Below the pieces are notes generated by a model. That model ran no database searches, had not been told where the DNA came from, and worked only from the letters and a program-made list of their open reading frames with translations. From Patescibacteria group bacterium (GTDB lineage: Bacteria > Patescibacteriota > JABMPQ01 > JAQVVF01): 64,000 nucleotides of DNA. Where the stretch lies: positions 10,464 to 74,463 of the forward strand of contig JBAZSC010000004.1 in NCBI GenBank assembly GCA_041662665.1. Reading direction: 5' to 3'. This document shows positions 48,192 to 57,960 of this stretch, one piece after another. Every line of letters begins with the position of its first letter. Positions within the stretch are counted from its first letter, which is position 1. A program made the translations under genes and the position numbers.

Positions 48192-49766
48192 TTAAATCCT
48201 ATTTTGTAATTTGTCTTTTGTAATTTGTTTGGAATTTGGAATTTGGAATTTTCGTAACGCTAAATTCTGTCCAGCAATAATCAATCCAATCAAAAACCAA
48301 ATATGAATAATATATAAAGAAGAAAAAGTCATGTATTGAATTAAAATTCCAGCAAATGCAACTGTCAGTCCGACAACCAAAGTTTTATCCATAAAATCAT
48401 CGCTCTTAAACCAAACTTTCAGCGTTCTAAAAAAGATAAAAAATATCATTGCCAAAAAAATCAGCAATCCAAAAATTCCAGTCTCTGCCCAAATTTCTAA
48501 AAATTCATTATTTACAATTGCCCAACCATTCTTTGGAATGGAAATTGGACCTTGCGCTACCTCTGGTCCAAAACCTCCAATCCCAACTCCCAAAATCGGA
48601 TTCCTCTGAATCAAAAACCATGCCTGTTTATAAGTTGAATATCTTTCTTCAATTGATGCACCTTCTTCAAATTCTGTTGCTTGAGCTGTAAAATTTTTAA
48701 TATTTACATCTTTCCTTGTAAATTTTAATAAATATATTGTCGATACAATTGCAATTATCGCAATCGCCGCAATTATAATAATTCTTTTCGGCGAAAAAAA
48801 AGATTTAAAATAAAATAATGCAAACAAAACCAACATTCCAGCAAATCCCAAATAAGCACCGCGCGAGACCGTCAAAACCAAATTCAAAACCATCAAACCA
48901 AGTATTACAAATAACACAATTGGCGCACTCAAATTTAGAAGCCGGTTTGTTTTATTGTTTTTTTGTTTTTTTGTTTCTTGCCCTAAAATCAAACCATTGT
49001 CAATTTCATCTTGTTTGCCTCGTTTTCTACTCAATATCATCGCCAAACATATTCCCAAAGGAATTAACAAAAAGTTACCAAAATATAATGGCTCAGAAGA
49101 TGTCCCTTGAATTCTTGGAAAACCGAATACTTGTGATGTATATATATCTCTCAAACCTGTTATTTCTTTTGGAATACCAATCATATCTCCGACAAATTGA
49201 AAAAGTCCATAAATAGACACTACTAATCCAGACAGCAATATCACCCAAACAATTTTTTTAAATAATTCTTTTGAATTAATCAAGCTTGGAATAACTAATG
49301 CCACCAGCATTACAAAAAAATTAAAACCTAAAATTGTCAAACTTCTTGAAATATTTTGAGCATTAGCTAAAGATAAAACAGAAACGCCAGTAAACAAAAA
49401 AACAAAAATTATTAATGGATTTTTAACATAATTATTTTTTTTCTTTGCCAAACTAACCAAAAAAAATGCAATCAAAGTTATCAACGCAAAAACTTGTGAA
49501 ATTCTCACTGTCATACTTCCCATTTCAAACGATCCTAATCTTTCAAAAGGCAGAAAAAAAGCGACTAAAAATAAACCAAAATAAGGTTTTTTAAAAATTG
49601 CCAAAGAAAGCCCAATAAAAATCATCGCACCAACCAAAAACAGAAAAACAGATTTATACTGATCATTTACTAAAACTCCAGTAATAGCGCAAACAACTAA
49701 AACAACCAAAGTCTTAATTAAGTTTTCTTTGCTAAAAATATTCAGTTTTTCAATTGCTTCAGCCAT
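48192..49766 (-). CDS. O-antigen ligase (Wzy_C) family membrane protein
   Basis: RIQGTSSEPLYFGN, TVSRGA, PILGVGIGGF and WAETGIFG. Confidence 0.88.
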   Translation of the reverse strand: MAEAIEKLNIFSKENLIKTLVVLVVCAITGVLVNDQYKSVFLFLVGAMIFIGLSLAIFKKPYFGLFLVAFFLPFERLGSFEMGSMTVRISQVFALITLIAFFLVSLAKKKNNYVKNPLIIFVFLFTGVSVLSLANAQNISRSLTILGFNFFVMLVALVIPSLINSKELFKKIVWVILLSGLVVSIYGLFQFVGDMIGIPKEITGLRDIYTSQVFGFPRIQGTSSEPLYFGNFLLIPLGICLAMILSRKRGKQDEIDNGLILGQETKKQKNNKTNRLLNLSAPIVLFVILGLMVLNLVLTVSRGAYLGFAGMLVLFALFYFKSFFSPKRIIIIAAIAIIAIVSTIYLLKFTRKDVNIKNFTAQATEFEEGASIEERYSTYKQAWFLIQRNPILGVGIGGFGPEVAQGPISIPKNGWAIVNNEFLEIWAETGIFGLLIFLAMIFFIFFRTLKVWFKSDDFMDKTLVVGLTVAFAGILIQYMTFSSLYIIHIWFLIGLIIAGQNLALRKFQIPNSKQITKDKLQNRI

Positions 49767-49892
49767 ATATAAACTTATCCATATTTTATCCCATTTTTAA
49801 CATTTTAGCAATTCGAAAAAACATTCGCTTTATTCGCAAATTCATTCGAGTGAGCAACAAAAAAAGAGCACAAAATGCTCAAAAAAGTTCTA

Positions 49893-50261
49893 TCACTTTC
49901 TCATCGTAAGTTTCAAAACAATAACTCCTCTTTCTTCATCATTTTTCAGACCAAAATGATCATCCTCACAAAATGTAAACCCATCCTTTCTATAACTTTC
50001 AATTACGGGAAAAAGCAACAACAATGTTTCAATGGTTATGCATATTCCTGATTTTAAATCGTCTTTGTCTTCATGAGTTTTAGGCAAAAAACCAATTTTC
50101 ACAAATGGCACTTCTAGATCTACTGATGTCACTTCAGGTTTGCATTCTAAATGAACAGTTCTAACGATACCGCCACCCAAAGTATCCTTTTCCATAAGAC
50201 ATATTAATCCAGATTTTTCTTTCGATTTATCATCTGAACGAACAACTACTATTTCTCCCAT
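49893..50261 (-). CDS. Orphan hypothetical protein inside the glycosylation cluster
   Basis: AAGGAGGAG before ATG 50261; promoter TTGACT-16-TAAAAT from 50333; terminator GAGCA-TGCTC near 49859-49885. Confidence 0.65.
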   Translation of the reverse strand: MGEIVVVRSDDKSKEKSGLICLMEKDTLGGGIVRTVHLECKPEVTSVDLEVPFVKIGFLPKTHEDKDDLKSGICITIETLLLLFPVIESYRKDGFTFCEDDHFGLKNDEERGVIVLKLTMRK

Positions 50262-50378
50262 TTTCTCCTCCTTTTCGCCTAGGACATAAAAAAGTACAAT
50301 AAAATATTTTACTAAATTAAAATACAAAGTCAATATTTAATTTCGTAATTTTCAATTTCGATAATTTAATCTATCTAA

Positions 50379-51467
50379 CTAATCTATTATTTTTAACTCG
50401 TTATAAACTTCTAATGTTTCTTCAGCACATTTTTTCCAAGAAAATTTATCAGCTTGCTTTAATCCATCTGCTTTCATCATGATCTGTTTTTCAGGACTTT
50501 TCAAAACTTCTATAATATTTTTCACCCATACTTCTTTATTTTTTGGATCAATTAAAATTCCTGCATCACCGACAACTTCTGGCAACGATGAAGAATTTGA
50601 AGAAATAACTGGCACTCCACATTTCATTGCTTCTAATATCGGCAAACCAAAACCTTCATAAATTGACGGAAATGCAAACAGTTTCGCACCATTATATAAA
50701 TACGGCAAATCACCTTCTTCAACATAATCCGTAAAAATAACTTTATCTTGAAGATTTAGTTCTTTAATCAGTAAAAATATATTTTCATACCTCCACCCTT
50801 TTTTACCCGCAATAACAAGCTTCAAATCTCCAATATCCGAATATCTTAATTTCCGAATATCATTAAATACGTTTACCAAAAATTCTAAATTTTTTCTTGG
50901 CTCAAGTGTCCCAACATTCAAAATATAATTTCCACTAATTCCATATTTTTTCTTAACCTCTTCAATTCTATTCAAATCAGTTATCACTCTAAATTCTGAG
51001 CCCGCTGCCTCATAAATCACTTTTATTTTATTTTCATCTAATCCAAGTTTTTCCACTAAATCTTTTTTCGCACTTTCTGAAATTGTAATAATATAATCTG
51101 CAAACTTATACGACCAAGGCATTAATTTTGTAAAATAAAACCTTGAACTCATTGAAAAATTTTCTGGATAAAGAATTGGAATAATATCATGAATTGTCAC
51201 CACTTTTTTAAAATTTCCAAATTTCGGCACAGAAAAACAAGTTTTGTGAACAACATCTGGTTTTATTAATTTTACTTTTTTTACAAATTTTACCTGATCC
51301 CACCAAATTCTTTCATAAGTTCTCAAATCTTTATTTTTTCCTGAATCAATTAAAAAATACTCATTTTGAGTATCAATTTTTTTTAGATTTTCAACTAAAT
51401 TTTTAACATAAAAACCAAACCCGCTCTTCTTTCCCAACATTGTCTGTGTATCGATGACTATCCTCAT
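50379..51467 (-). CDS. GT4 family glycosyltransferase
   Basis: VTIHD, VGTLEPRKN, PSIYEGFGLPILEAM and FSW. Confidence 0.93.
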   Translation of the reverse strand: MRIVIDTQTMLGKKSGFGFYVKNLVENLKKIDTQNEYFLIDSGKNKDLRTYERIWWDQVKFVKKVKLIKPDVVHKTCFSVPKFGNFKKVVTIHDIIPILYPENFSMSSRFYFTKLMPWSYKFADYIITISESAKKDLVEKLGLDENKIKVIYEAAGSEFRVITDLNRIEEVKKKYGISGNYILNVGTLEPRKNLEFLVNVFNDIRKLRYSDIGDLKLVIAGKKGWRYENIFLLIKELNLQDKVIFTDYVEEGDLPYLYNGAKLFAFPSIYEGFGLPILEAMKCGVPVISSNSSSLPEVVGDAGILIDPKNKEVWVKNIIEVLKSPEKQIMMKADGLKQADKFSWKKCAEETLEVYNELKIID

Positions 51468-51477
51468 TTATAAGCAC

Positions 51478-51557
51478 TGTCATCCTGAACCGCAGTGAAG
51501 GATCCCGTTGCTAAATAAATAATCACGGGATTCTTCGGCTTCGGCCTCAGAATGACA
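51478..51557. repeat. TGTCATCCTGA...TCAGAATGACA palindromic element
   Basis: Terminal inverted repeat with internal GAAGGATCCCGT/ACGGGATTCTTC pairing. Confidence 0.8.
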
Positions 51558-51597
51558 ATATCTAAAAATATATTTTTCTAAAAAAATAAAAACAGAT

Positions 51598-51701
51598 ATT
51601 GGCAAAAATTATTTTTTTCTGAAGGCGAGGATTGTCTGAGCCCCGAACCGCAGTGAAGGGGCGAGTTCCGCAGCCTGAAGAAAAAAATAATTTTTGACAA
51701 T
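51598..51701. repeat. MITE-like element with 23-bp terminal inverted repeats and a GC-rich core
   Basis: ATTGGCAAAAATTATTTTTTTCT and AGAAAAAAATAATTTTTGACAAT (22/23). Confidence 0.75.
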
Positions 51702-51725
51702 CAACACAAAACATCTTTTTCAACA

Positions 51726-53180
51726 TTATTTAACCTTAATGCCTTCTTTAACCAATTCCTCTTTTCTCAAAGAAATAATTTCTTTAACCTCGCCTATCAA
51801 AATTGCTTTAATTAAAAATGCAATCCCAAAATAAACAGCAACAGCAATCAATCCTCTGATCGCAAAATTCCAAGATTCAGGCATTATAAATAATGCTATT
51901 GCCATAAAAATTCCAGCGATCAAAGATTTGCCAGCAATTTTATAATTCAATCCAACTTTTTCCAGTTTCCAAATTATTAATGCTGTCAGAACTGCAACTG
52001 CAACTTCAGAAACAACTGTTGAAATTGCTGCACCATAATATGAATATTTTGGAATCAACCACAAACATAATACAACTGCCAAAATTGCCGTAAAAATATA
52101 AACCCACATTGTTTTATGCTGTTTATTTGCTGCAACTGCAGCATTTCCAAAAAGATGAGAGAAAAAGATCGCGCCAGTTGCGATAATCAATAATTTCAAA
52201 ACATTTCCAGAATCAGAAAAATCACTACCTCCAAAAAATGCCATTATTGGTTCTGCAAGAAACAACGTTCCTATAATTAACGGAATTACAAAAATAATCA
52301 AAATATCAAATCCTTTTTTATAAATTTCTTCAAACTTCTTTCTATCTTCTTCAAAAAACTTCGACATTACAGGCAACAATAATCCAGCAAAAATCGCTGC
52401 AAAAGTAATTAAGACTTCCAAAACTTTGTATGCCGCGCCGTATACACCGACATCGCTTTCTGATTTCATAATTGATAAAAACAAAGTATCAACTTTAAAA
52501 TAAATTAAATTAAAAACTACTGAAAAAGCCAAAGGCGCAGTCATGATCAAAATCTTTTTCCACAATGCAAAATCAAAAGCTAATTTAACTTTTACATATT
52601 TTCTGGAATAAAGGAACAGCACCAAAAAATTTACAAAATTGGACAACGCAATTCCAAAAATCATATACAAAATTGAAGCGTTTGCATTAATAACAAGTAT
52701 AACAGCAACCAACCAAACAATTCTGCCAGCAACTTCAGCAACTGCCACTTTATACATTGAAAAATATTTTTGAAAAACACCGATTAAAGTTTGATTTAAT
52801 AAAATAAATAAATAAGAAGCAGCTCCAACCACAACGCCCCATTTTACAATTGGATCATAAGGAAAAAGCCAAATTACCAAAGAACCAATCGTCAGAATTA
52901 ACAATCCTGACAATCCTTTTATTGTCATTGCATTACTGACAAATTTATCTTGATCAATATTTTTCTTTGATATTTCACGAGTTACAACCAAATACAAACC
53001 CAAATCAGCCATAATTGAAAAAACAGATAGATAAGCCATAATTGTCGTATATTGTCCAAATCCAGACTGGCCTAAATATCGAAGCATTAATGATACTGTC
53101 ACCAATGCCAAAACCATTCCAATTCCTTTGCCGACAAATTGTATCAGCGTATTATGCGCAACTTTTCTAGCTAAAGACAT
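51726..53180 (-). CDS. Wzx/RfbX-like polysaccharide flippase
   Basis: RYLGQSGFGQY, DLGL, IYFKVDTLFLS and VGVYGAAYK; many TM helices. Confidence 0.9.
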   Translation of the reverse strand: MSLARKVAHNTLIQFVGKGIGMVLALVTVSLMLRYLGQSGFGQYTTIMAYLSVFSIMADLGLYLVVTREISKKNIDQDKFVSNAMTIKGLSGLLILTIGSLVIWLFPYDPIVKWGVVVGAASYLFILLNQTLIGVFQKYFSMYKVAVAEVAGRIVWLVAVILVINANASILYMIFGIALSNFVNFLVLFLYSRKYVKVKLAFDFALWKKILIMTAPLAFSVVFNLIYFKVDTLFLSIMKSESDVGVYGAAYKVLEVLITFAAIFAGLLLPVMSKFFEEDRKKFEEIYKKGFDILIIFVIPLIIGTLFLAEPIMAFFGGSDFSDSGNVLKLLIIATGAIFFSHLFGNAAVAANKQHKTMWVYIFTAILAVVLCLWLIPKYSYYGAAISTVVSEVAVAVLTALIIWKLEKVGLNYKIAGKSLIAGIFMAIALFIMPESWNFAIRGLIAVAVYFGIAFLIKAILIGEVKEIISLRKEELVKEGIKVK

Positions 53181-53318
53181 TCGTTTAAAAAACTAAAAAT
53201 ATAAAAATCACTAACTCATATTATCATTTTTTCTATGCAACAGCAAACAAAAAAGAGCAGAATGCTCTTAATTTCTAATTTCCGAATTTTTATATTTTTA
53301 ATTTTTTATATCCGTACG

Positions 53319-53882
53319 CTATTCCGTATCTTTCATTACAACATCAGAAATCATCTCTTTTTGCTCAAGCTTTGCAGAAACAGGCTTACGTTGTTCTTCA
53401 CGTACTAAATCATCCTTCACAACAATAGCTTTTTTACTAATCGAAACAATTTTATCAAAAGAAATAATTAATTGGCCTTTAAACAATTTTCTTAAAAAAC
53501 CTGTTTTTACATACATTTTTTCAAGTCTATAAGAAATATCATCCATTTCAAAATCAACAACTTTGCCTAATTCTTCTCCACTCTCTGTTACAACATTATT
53601 ATCTTTGATTTTAATTTCTTTTTTCAAAAGTTCTTCAAACAAACCAAAATTATTTAATGGCTTTACTGACATCTCACTATCAACAAAAACATTTCCATCT
53701 CTAATTTCTTTTACATCTTCAATTCGTAAAATTCGCTGTTCTTTCAATAAACCTTCAGACAACTGAAAACCTAATAATTTTCCAGTTTCAAAATTAATTA
53801 TGAATTCATTTATTTTGCCAATTTCTTTATTGCTAGAAACAACCAAAATAGTCGCACCAATTGTCTCGTTGTAATCAATCAT
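53319..53882 (-). CDS. Tandem PRC-barrel domain protein
   Basis: Two repeats, IGKINEFIINFETGKL and VVTESGEELGKVVDF. Confidence 0.8.
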   Translation of the reverse strand: MIDYNETIGATILVVSSNKEIGKINEFIINFETGKLLGFQLSEGLLKEQRILRIEDVKEIRDGNVFVDSEMSVKPLNNFGLFEELLKKEIKIKDNNVVTESGEELGKVVDFEMDDISYRLEKMYVKTGFLRKLFKGQLIISFDKIVSISKKAIVVKDDLVREEQRKPVSAKLEQKEMISDVVMKDTE

Positions 53883-53945
53883 AAACGTGAATTAAGAATC
53901 ATGAATTAAGAATTATGAATTTTATCATAATTCTTGATTCTTTAT

Positions 53946-54428
53946 TCATGATTCTCGTGGCTTAATTACTATTTTTCTATTCGGATCTTCGCCAATACTT
54001 TCTGTACAAACTAGCTCATTATTTGCCAAACACATATGAACAACTCTCCGCTCATAAGCAGTCATTGGTCTTAATACGATTTCTTTGTTAATTCGAACTA
54101 CTTTTTCCGCAGTATCCAAAGCTATCTTTTTTAAATATTCTTCTTTTTCTTGGCGATAATTATTCACATCAATGTAGAATGGAATTTCAGAAACGCTATT
54201 TTTTCTTTTTAAAAATACTTTTGCTAAATGTTGAATTGCAAATAAATTGCAGCCTCGCTGTCCAATCAAATAATTTGCATCATCAGCCTCAATATTCAAA
54301 CAAACAATTTCCTTTCCTTCTTTTTCGTCAATTCGAGCATTTGTCTTTCCATTGATTCCCATTTTCAGAATTAAATCTTCAACTACTCCTTTTACCTCCT
54401 CGATACTTGTTGCATTGATTTCATTCAT
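53946..54428 (-). CDS. jag: Jag/EloR-like KH-R3H RNA-binding protein
   Basis: LIGQRG, DVNNYR, PMTAYERRVVH and ESIGEDPNR; downstream of yidC. Confidence 0.88.
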   Translation of the reverse strand: MNEINATSIEEVKGVVEDLILKMGINGKTNARIDEKEGKEIVCLNIEADDANYLIGQRGCNLFAIQHLAKVFLKRKNSVSEIPFYIDVNNYRQEKEEYLKKIALDTAEKVVRINKEIVLRPMTAYERRVVHMCLANNELVCTESIGEDPNRKIVIKPRES

Positions 54429-54440
54429 ATGTTTTAAAAT

Positions 54441-54579
54441 AATCAATAATCAATTACCAATAATCAATAAATAATCAATTTCCAATAACTAAATAATCAA
54501 TAAAATCGTCGCAATTTTGATTATTAAATTATTGGTTATTGGTTTTTTACTGATTATTGAAATTTGATTATTGGTTATT
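54441..54579. repeat. Inverted AATAATC/AATAACC repeat hairpin with CGTCG loop
   Basis: CGTCG at 54507-54511 between complementary arms. Confidence 0.82.
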
Positions 54580-55286
54580 TAAGCCGCTGTTACTCCCGAA
54601 ACTCCAGTTTTCTTAGTCATTATATATTGTTGCGCAATTGCAAATAAAGTTGTTGTAATCCAATAAATTGCTAAACCTGCTGGCAAACTCATCGCAATAA
54701 AAACTGTCATTACTGGCATAAAATATGTCATTTGTTTTCCTAACATTCCTGCCATTTTATCGCTTGTTTTCTTTTGTTTTGAAAATACCATCCATGATTG
54801 CACAAATTGTAAAAGCCCAGCAATAATTGCCAAAATCAAATTTGGAGTTGTCATACTAACTAATCCAAACAACATTGGATTAATGCTTTCTGGTTTTGAA
54901 ACAAAAGAATATAGCAAATCCATGCTAGAATTTTGTAAACCTTTTTGAAATACTCCATACAAAGCAAAAATAATTGGCAATTGAACTAATAAAGGTAAAC
55001 AAGAAGACATTGGATTAATTTTGTTTTCTTTATAAAATTTCATCAATTCTTCGCTTTGTTTTTGCTTGTCGTCTTTAAATTTATTTTTAATCTCATCCAT
55101 TTTTGGTTGCAATCCTTGCAAAGATTGTTGCGATTTCATTGACTTTAATGACAAAGGCAACAAAACAAAACGAATCAAAATCGTTACAATAATAATTGCA
55201 ACACCAATATCACCAATCATGTTATACAGCCAAACTAATAAATTTAATAATGGCTGAAATAAAATTATATTATATAGTTGAATCAT
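54579..55286 (-). CDS. yidC: Membrane protein insertase YidC (short form)
   Basis: LQPKMDEIK, INPMSSCLPLLVQLP and PAGLAIYW. Confidence 0.95.
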   Translation of the reverse strand: MIQLYNIILFQPLLNLLVWLYNMIGDIGVAIIIVTILIRFVLLPLSLKSMKSQQSLQGLQPKMDEIKNKFKDDKQKQSEELMKFYKENKINPMSSCLPLLVQLPIIFALYGVFQKGLQNSSMDLLYSFVSKPESINPMLFGLVSMTTPNLILAIIAGLLQFVQSWMVFSKQKKTSDKMAGMLGKQMTYFMPVMTVFIAMSLPAGLAIYWITTTLFAIAQQYIMTKKTGVSGVTAA

Positions 55287-55344
55287 AGTTTTAAAAATTT
55301 ATAAATTACAAATCCCAAAATCCAAACAAATCCCAAATAACAAA

Positions 55345-55656
55345 TTACAAAATATCTTTTGTGGTTTGTAATTTGGAATTTGTAATTTGTTTGGTATTTG
55401 AAATTTGGAATTTCACAGGTACGTTATCCACTCCGCCATGACTCCACGGATTACATCTTAACACACGCCAGCCAGCCAACAAAGAGCCTTTAAAAATTCC
55501 ATGTTTTTCAATTGCTTGATATCCATATTCTGAACAAGTCGGATGATATTTGCAAACACCATAAGGAAGATAATTAGATATTAAGCCATGATCAGGAGAA
55601 ATGGTTTTCTGATAAACTTTAATCAAAAGCAATAATGGCAATCTAAATATATACAT
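55345..55656 (-). CDS. yidD: Membrane protein insertion efficiency factor YidD
   Basis: [17 protein letters not shown] and RCNPWSHGG; the C-tail is repeat-derived. Confidence 0.93.
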   Translation of the reverse strand: MYIFRLPLLLLIKVYQKTISPDHGLISNYLPYGVCKYHPTCSEYGYQAIEKHGIFKGSLLAGWRVLRCNPWSHGGVDNVPVKFQISNTKQITNSKLQTTKDIL

Positions 55657-55660
55657 AAAT

Positions 55661-55787
55661 ACAATTATCAATTCACAATTACCAATTTACAATCAATTAA
55701 TCAATGATCAATAATCAATTTTCGACGAAGTTTTGTAAATTGTAAATTAGTAAATTTATTGAAAATTGATAATTGGTAATTGAAAAT
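55661..55787. repeat. Inverted CAATT-type repeat hairpin with CGACG loop
   Basis: CGACG at 55723-55727. Confidence 0.82.
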
Positions 55788-56131
55788 TAAACTATTCCCG
55801 CCATACTCAAAACTCTATCCAAAGCCTGATTAACTTCGGTATAGCTTTTTCCAATAATTTCCGGCCTCACCAGTACAATTATATCAAATCCTTTTTTCAA
55901 TTTACAATTTTTTATTTTTAATCTAAATACTTCTCTTAGAATTCTTTTAATTTTGTTCCGAATTACAGCCTTTTTTGAGATTTTTAATCCAACTAAAAAA
56001 CCAACGCGCGTTACATCTAATCCGTTTGGTAAAAATCTTATTGCTAGAAACTCGTCGCCACAGAATCTGCCTCTTTTATGAATTCTGCCAAAATCATCTT
56101 TCTTTGTCAGCCTGTTTTCTTTTTGAAGCAT
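55787..56131 (-). CDS. rnpA: Ribonuclease P protein component
   Basis: NRLTKKDDF, RVGF and KAVIRNKIKR (RNR motif). Confidence 0.95.
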   Translation of the reverse strand: MLQKENRLTKKDDFGRIHKRGRFCGDEFLAIRFLPNGLDVTRVGFLVGLKISKKAVIRNKIKRILREVFRLKIKNCKLKKGFDIIVLVRPEIIGKSYTEVNQALDRVLSMAGIV

Positions 56132-56143
56132 TATCTTAGTTCT

Positions 56144-56205
56144 AAAAGTTATAAAGTTATAAAGTTCGTAAAGTCCGTAACTTTATAAACTTTATAACTT
56201 TATGA
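56144..56205. repeat. Inverted AAAGTTAT/AACTTTAT repeat hairpin
   Basis: AAAGTTATAAAGTTATAAAGTTCGTAAAGT-ccgta-ACTTTATAAACTTTATAACTTT. Confidence 0.8.
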
Positions 56206-56225
56206 ACAGCACGAACTAACGCAAA

Positions 56226-56366
56226 CTAAACAGTCAGTTTTTTTCGGCCTTTTGCTCTTCTTCTTTTCAGCACATTTCTTCCGCCTTTTGTGCTCATTTT
56301 CTGCAAAAAACCATGAGTTCTAGCTCTTTTTCTCTTTTTCGGTTGATATGTTCTTTTTGTTGCCAT
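56226..56366 (-). CDS. rpmH: 50S ribosomal protein L34
   Basis: [20 protein letters not shown]...[12 protein letters not shown]. Confidence 0.97.
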   Translation of the reverse strand: MATKRTYQPKKRKRARTHGFLQKMSTKGGRNVLKRRRAKGRKKLTV

Positions 56367-56499
56367 ATGTCTCAATTTACCAGAAAAAAACTGATTAGTC
56401 AATCCAATTACGATATTGAGAAAACAATAAAATCTTGTTAATATAAAAATATACTGAGGCAAAAAATAATATTTTTGGCTCTAATTTACCTAAAAAAGT

Positions 56500-57582
56500 A
56501 TGCCAGAACAAAAAACAAATACGCAAAAAATTCAACCAGTAAAAAAATATCAAAAAAATAAAAAAATAATCGTTGCCTGTTGTTCAATTTTTGCTGGATT
56601 TTTTATTATTTTATTTTTTACATTTATCGCAATTTGGTTTTTTGTTTTGCCAAAAAGTTCTAATCCTCCAAAAAATCTCCCCAACATTTCCCAAAATATT
56701 GCTTTAAATTCACCAGCAGAATCTAACTCCCAAAATTATTTAATTTCCGAAAATATCATCCTACAAAATATTGGCCTGCAAGATTCTTATATGCAAACTG
56801 TCTATATTGCTAAATTCCATGATCTTGCTCCTTATCAAGATGTTTTAGAAGAAACAATCTCACCAACAAATTATGAAATTATTAAAGATGAAAATAATAA
56901 TGAATATCTAAAATATACTTTTTATAACTTGTCTGCAAATGAATCAAGAAATTTTAATCTTCAATACAAAATAAAAATAAATGCAGTTAATTATGATTTA
57001 AAAAATTGCCAAGGAAATTCTACGAATCAATTTTTATTGCCAGAAAAATCAGTTGAATCAGACAATCCAGAAATAATTGATTTAGCAAAAAGTATCACCA
57101 AAAATTCTCAAAATCAATGCCAGGCTTCGAAAGACATTTACAATTGGATTGGTGACAATATTAGCTATCCAGGCTATATTCCAGATGCCAAAGGCGCATT
57201 ATGGGCATTAGAAAATAAACAAGGAGATTGCACAGAATTTGCTGACCTAAATATTGCTTTAAATCGCGCTGATAATATTCCTGCTCGTTTTGTTGAAGGT
57301 TTAGTTTATCAATCCGATCAAGAAACAGATCCATCACAAATGAAACATGATTGGTCGCAAGTTTATTTGCCAAGCACAGGATGGGTGCCAGTTGATCCAA
57401 CTTTTGGCAGACTATCAACAAATCGCAAAGATTATTTTGCCGAAATTCCAGATAATCATGCCATTTTAACAATTGGGCAGAATTTAGAAATATTGCATGG
57501 CTTTTATTTTTATTATTATGAATATAATGGATCAACCATAGAAACAACTCAAGAAAATTGGCGAATGCAAAAGACAAATTAA
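56500..57582 (+). CDS. Membrane-anchored transglutaminase-like cysteine protease
   Basis: N-terminal TM helix; catalytic triad motifs GDCTEFA, HDW and WVPVDPT. Confidence 0.88.
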   Translation: MPEQKTNTQKIQPVKKYQKNKKIIVACCSIFAGFFIILFFTFIAIWFFVLPKSSNPPKNLPNISQNIALNSPAESNSQNYLISENIILQNIGLQDSYMQTVYIAKFHDLAPYQDVLEETISPTNYEIIKDENNNEYLKYTFYNLSANESRNFNLQYKIKINAVNYDLKNCQGNSTNQFLLPEKSVESDNPEIIDLAKSITKNSQNQCQASKDIYNWIGDNISYPGYIPDAKGALWALENKQGDCTEFADLNIALNRADNIPARFVEGLVYQSDQETDPSQMKHDWSQVYLPSTGWVPVDPTFGRLSTNRKDYFAEIPDNHAILTIGQNLEILHGFYFYYYEYNGSTIETTQENWRMQKTN

Positions 57583-57671
57583 AAATTTTTCAAAATACCT
57601 TATCTTAAAGGTATTTTTTTGACACAAAAAAAGCTAGATAAATCTAGCTAACAAGGTACTATTCACAACTC

Positions 57672-57941
57672 TTATGCCGACAAAGCTTGATCAATCAAGA
57701 CTCGCAAACCTTGATCAGTAATCCTATACAATCTTCTTCGAGGTCTTCTCAAACTAACATGTTCCTCTCTGCGACTTGCAATATCATTTCTATCTTCCAA
57801 TTGATCCAGCCAAACATATACAGTTCCACGCTTCAATTTTCCTGAAGATCTTTCGATAATATCCAATCCATACATCTCATTTCCATTTTCTTGCAAAATT
57901 TCCAAAATCAATATTTCCAATCCAGAATAATCATTCATCAC
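57672..57941 (-). CDS. PadR family transcriptional regulator
   Basis: MYGLDI, GTVYVWLDQLE and RRLYRITDQG; GAGGAGG SD. Confidence 0.85.
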   Translation of the reverse strand: MMNDYSGLEILILEILQENGNEMYGLDIIERSSGKLKRGTVYVWLDQLEDRNDIASRREEHVSLRRPRRRLYRITDQGLRVLIDQALSA

Positions 57942-57960
57942 AGCCTCCTCTTCCTAAAAT

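Noticed and set aside
56226-56500. oriC/dnaA expected next to rpmH
   Set aside because: The neighbour is a transglutaminase gene and there is no DnaA-box cluster. Isolated TTATCCAC matches (for example 8739 and 55424) lie inside genes.
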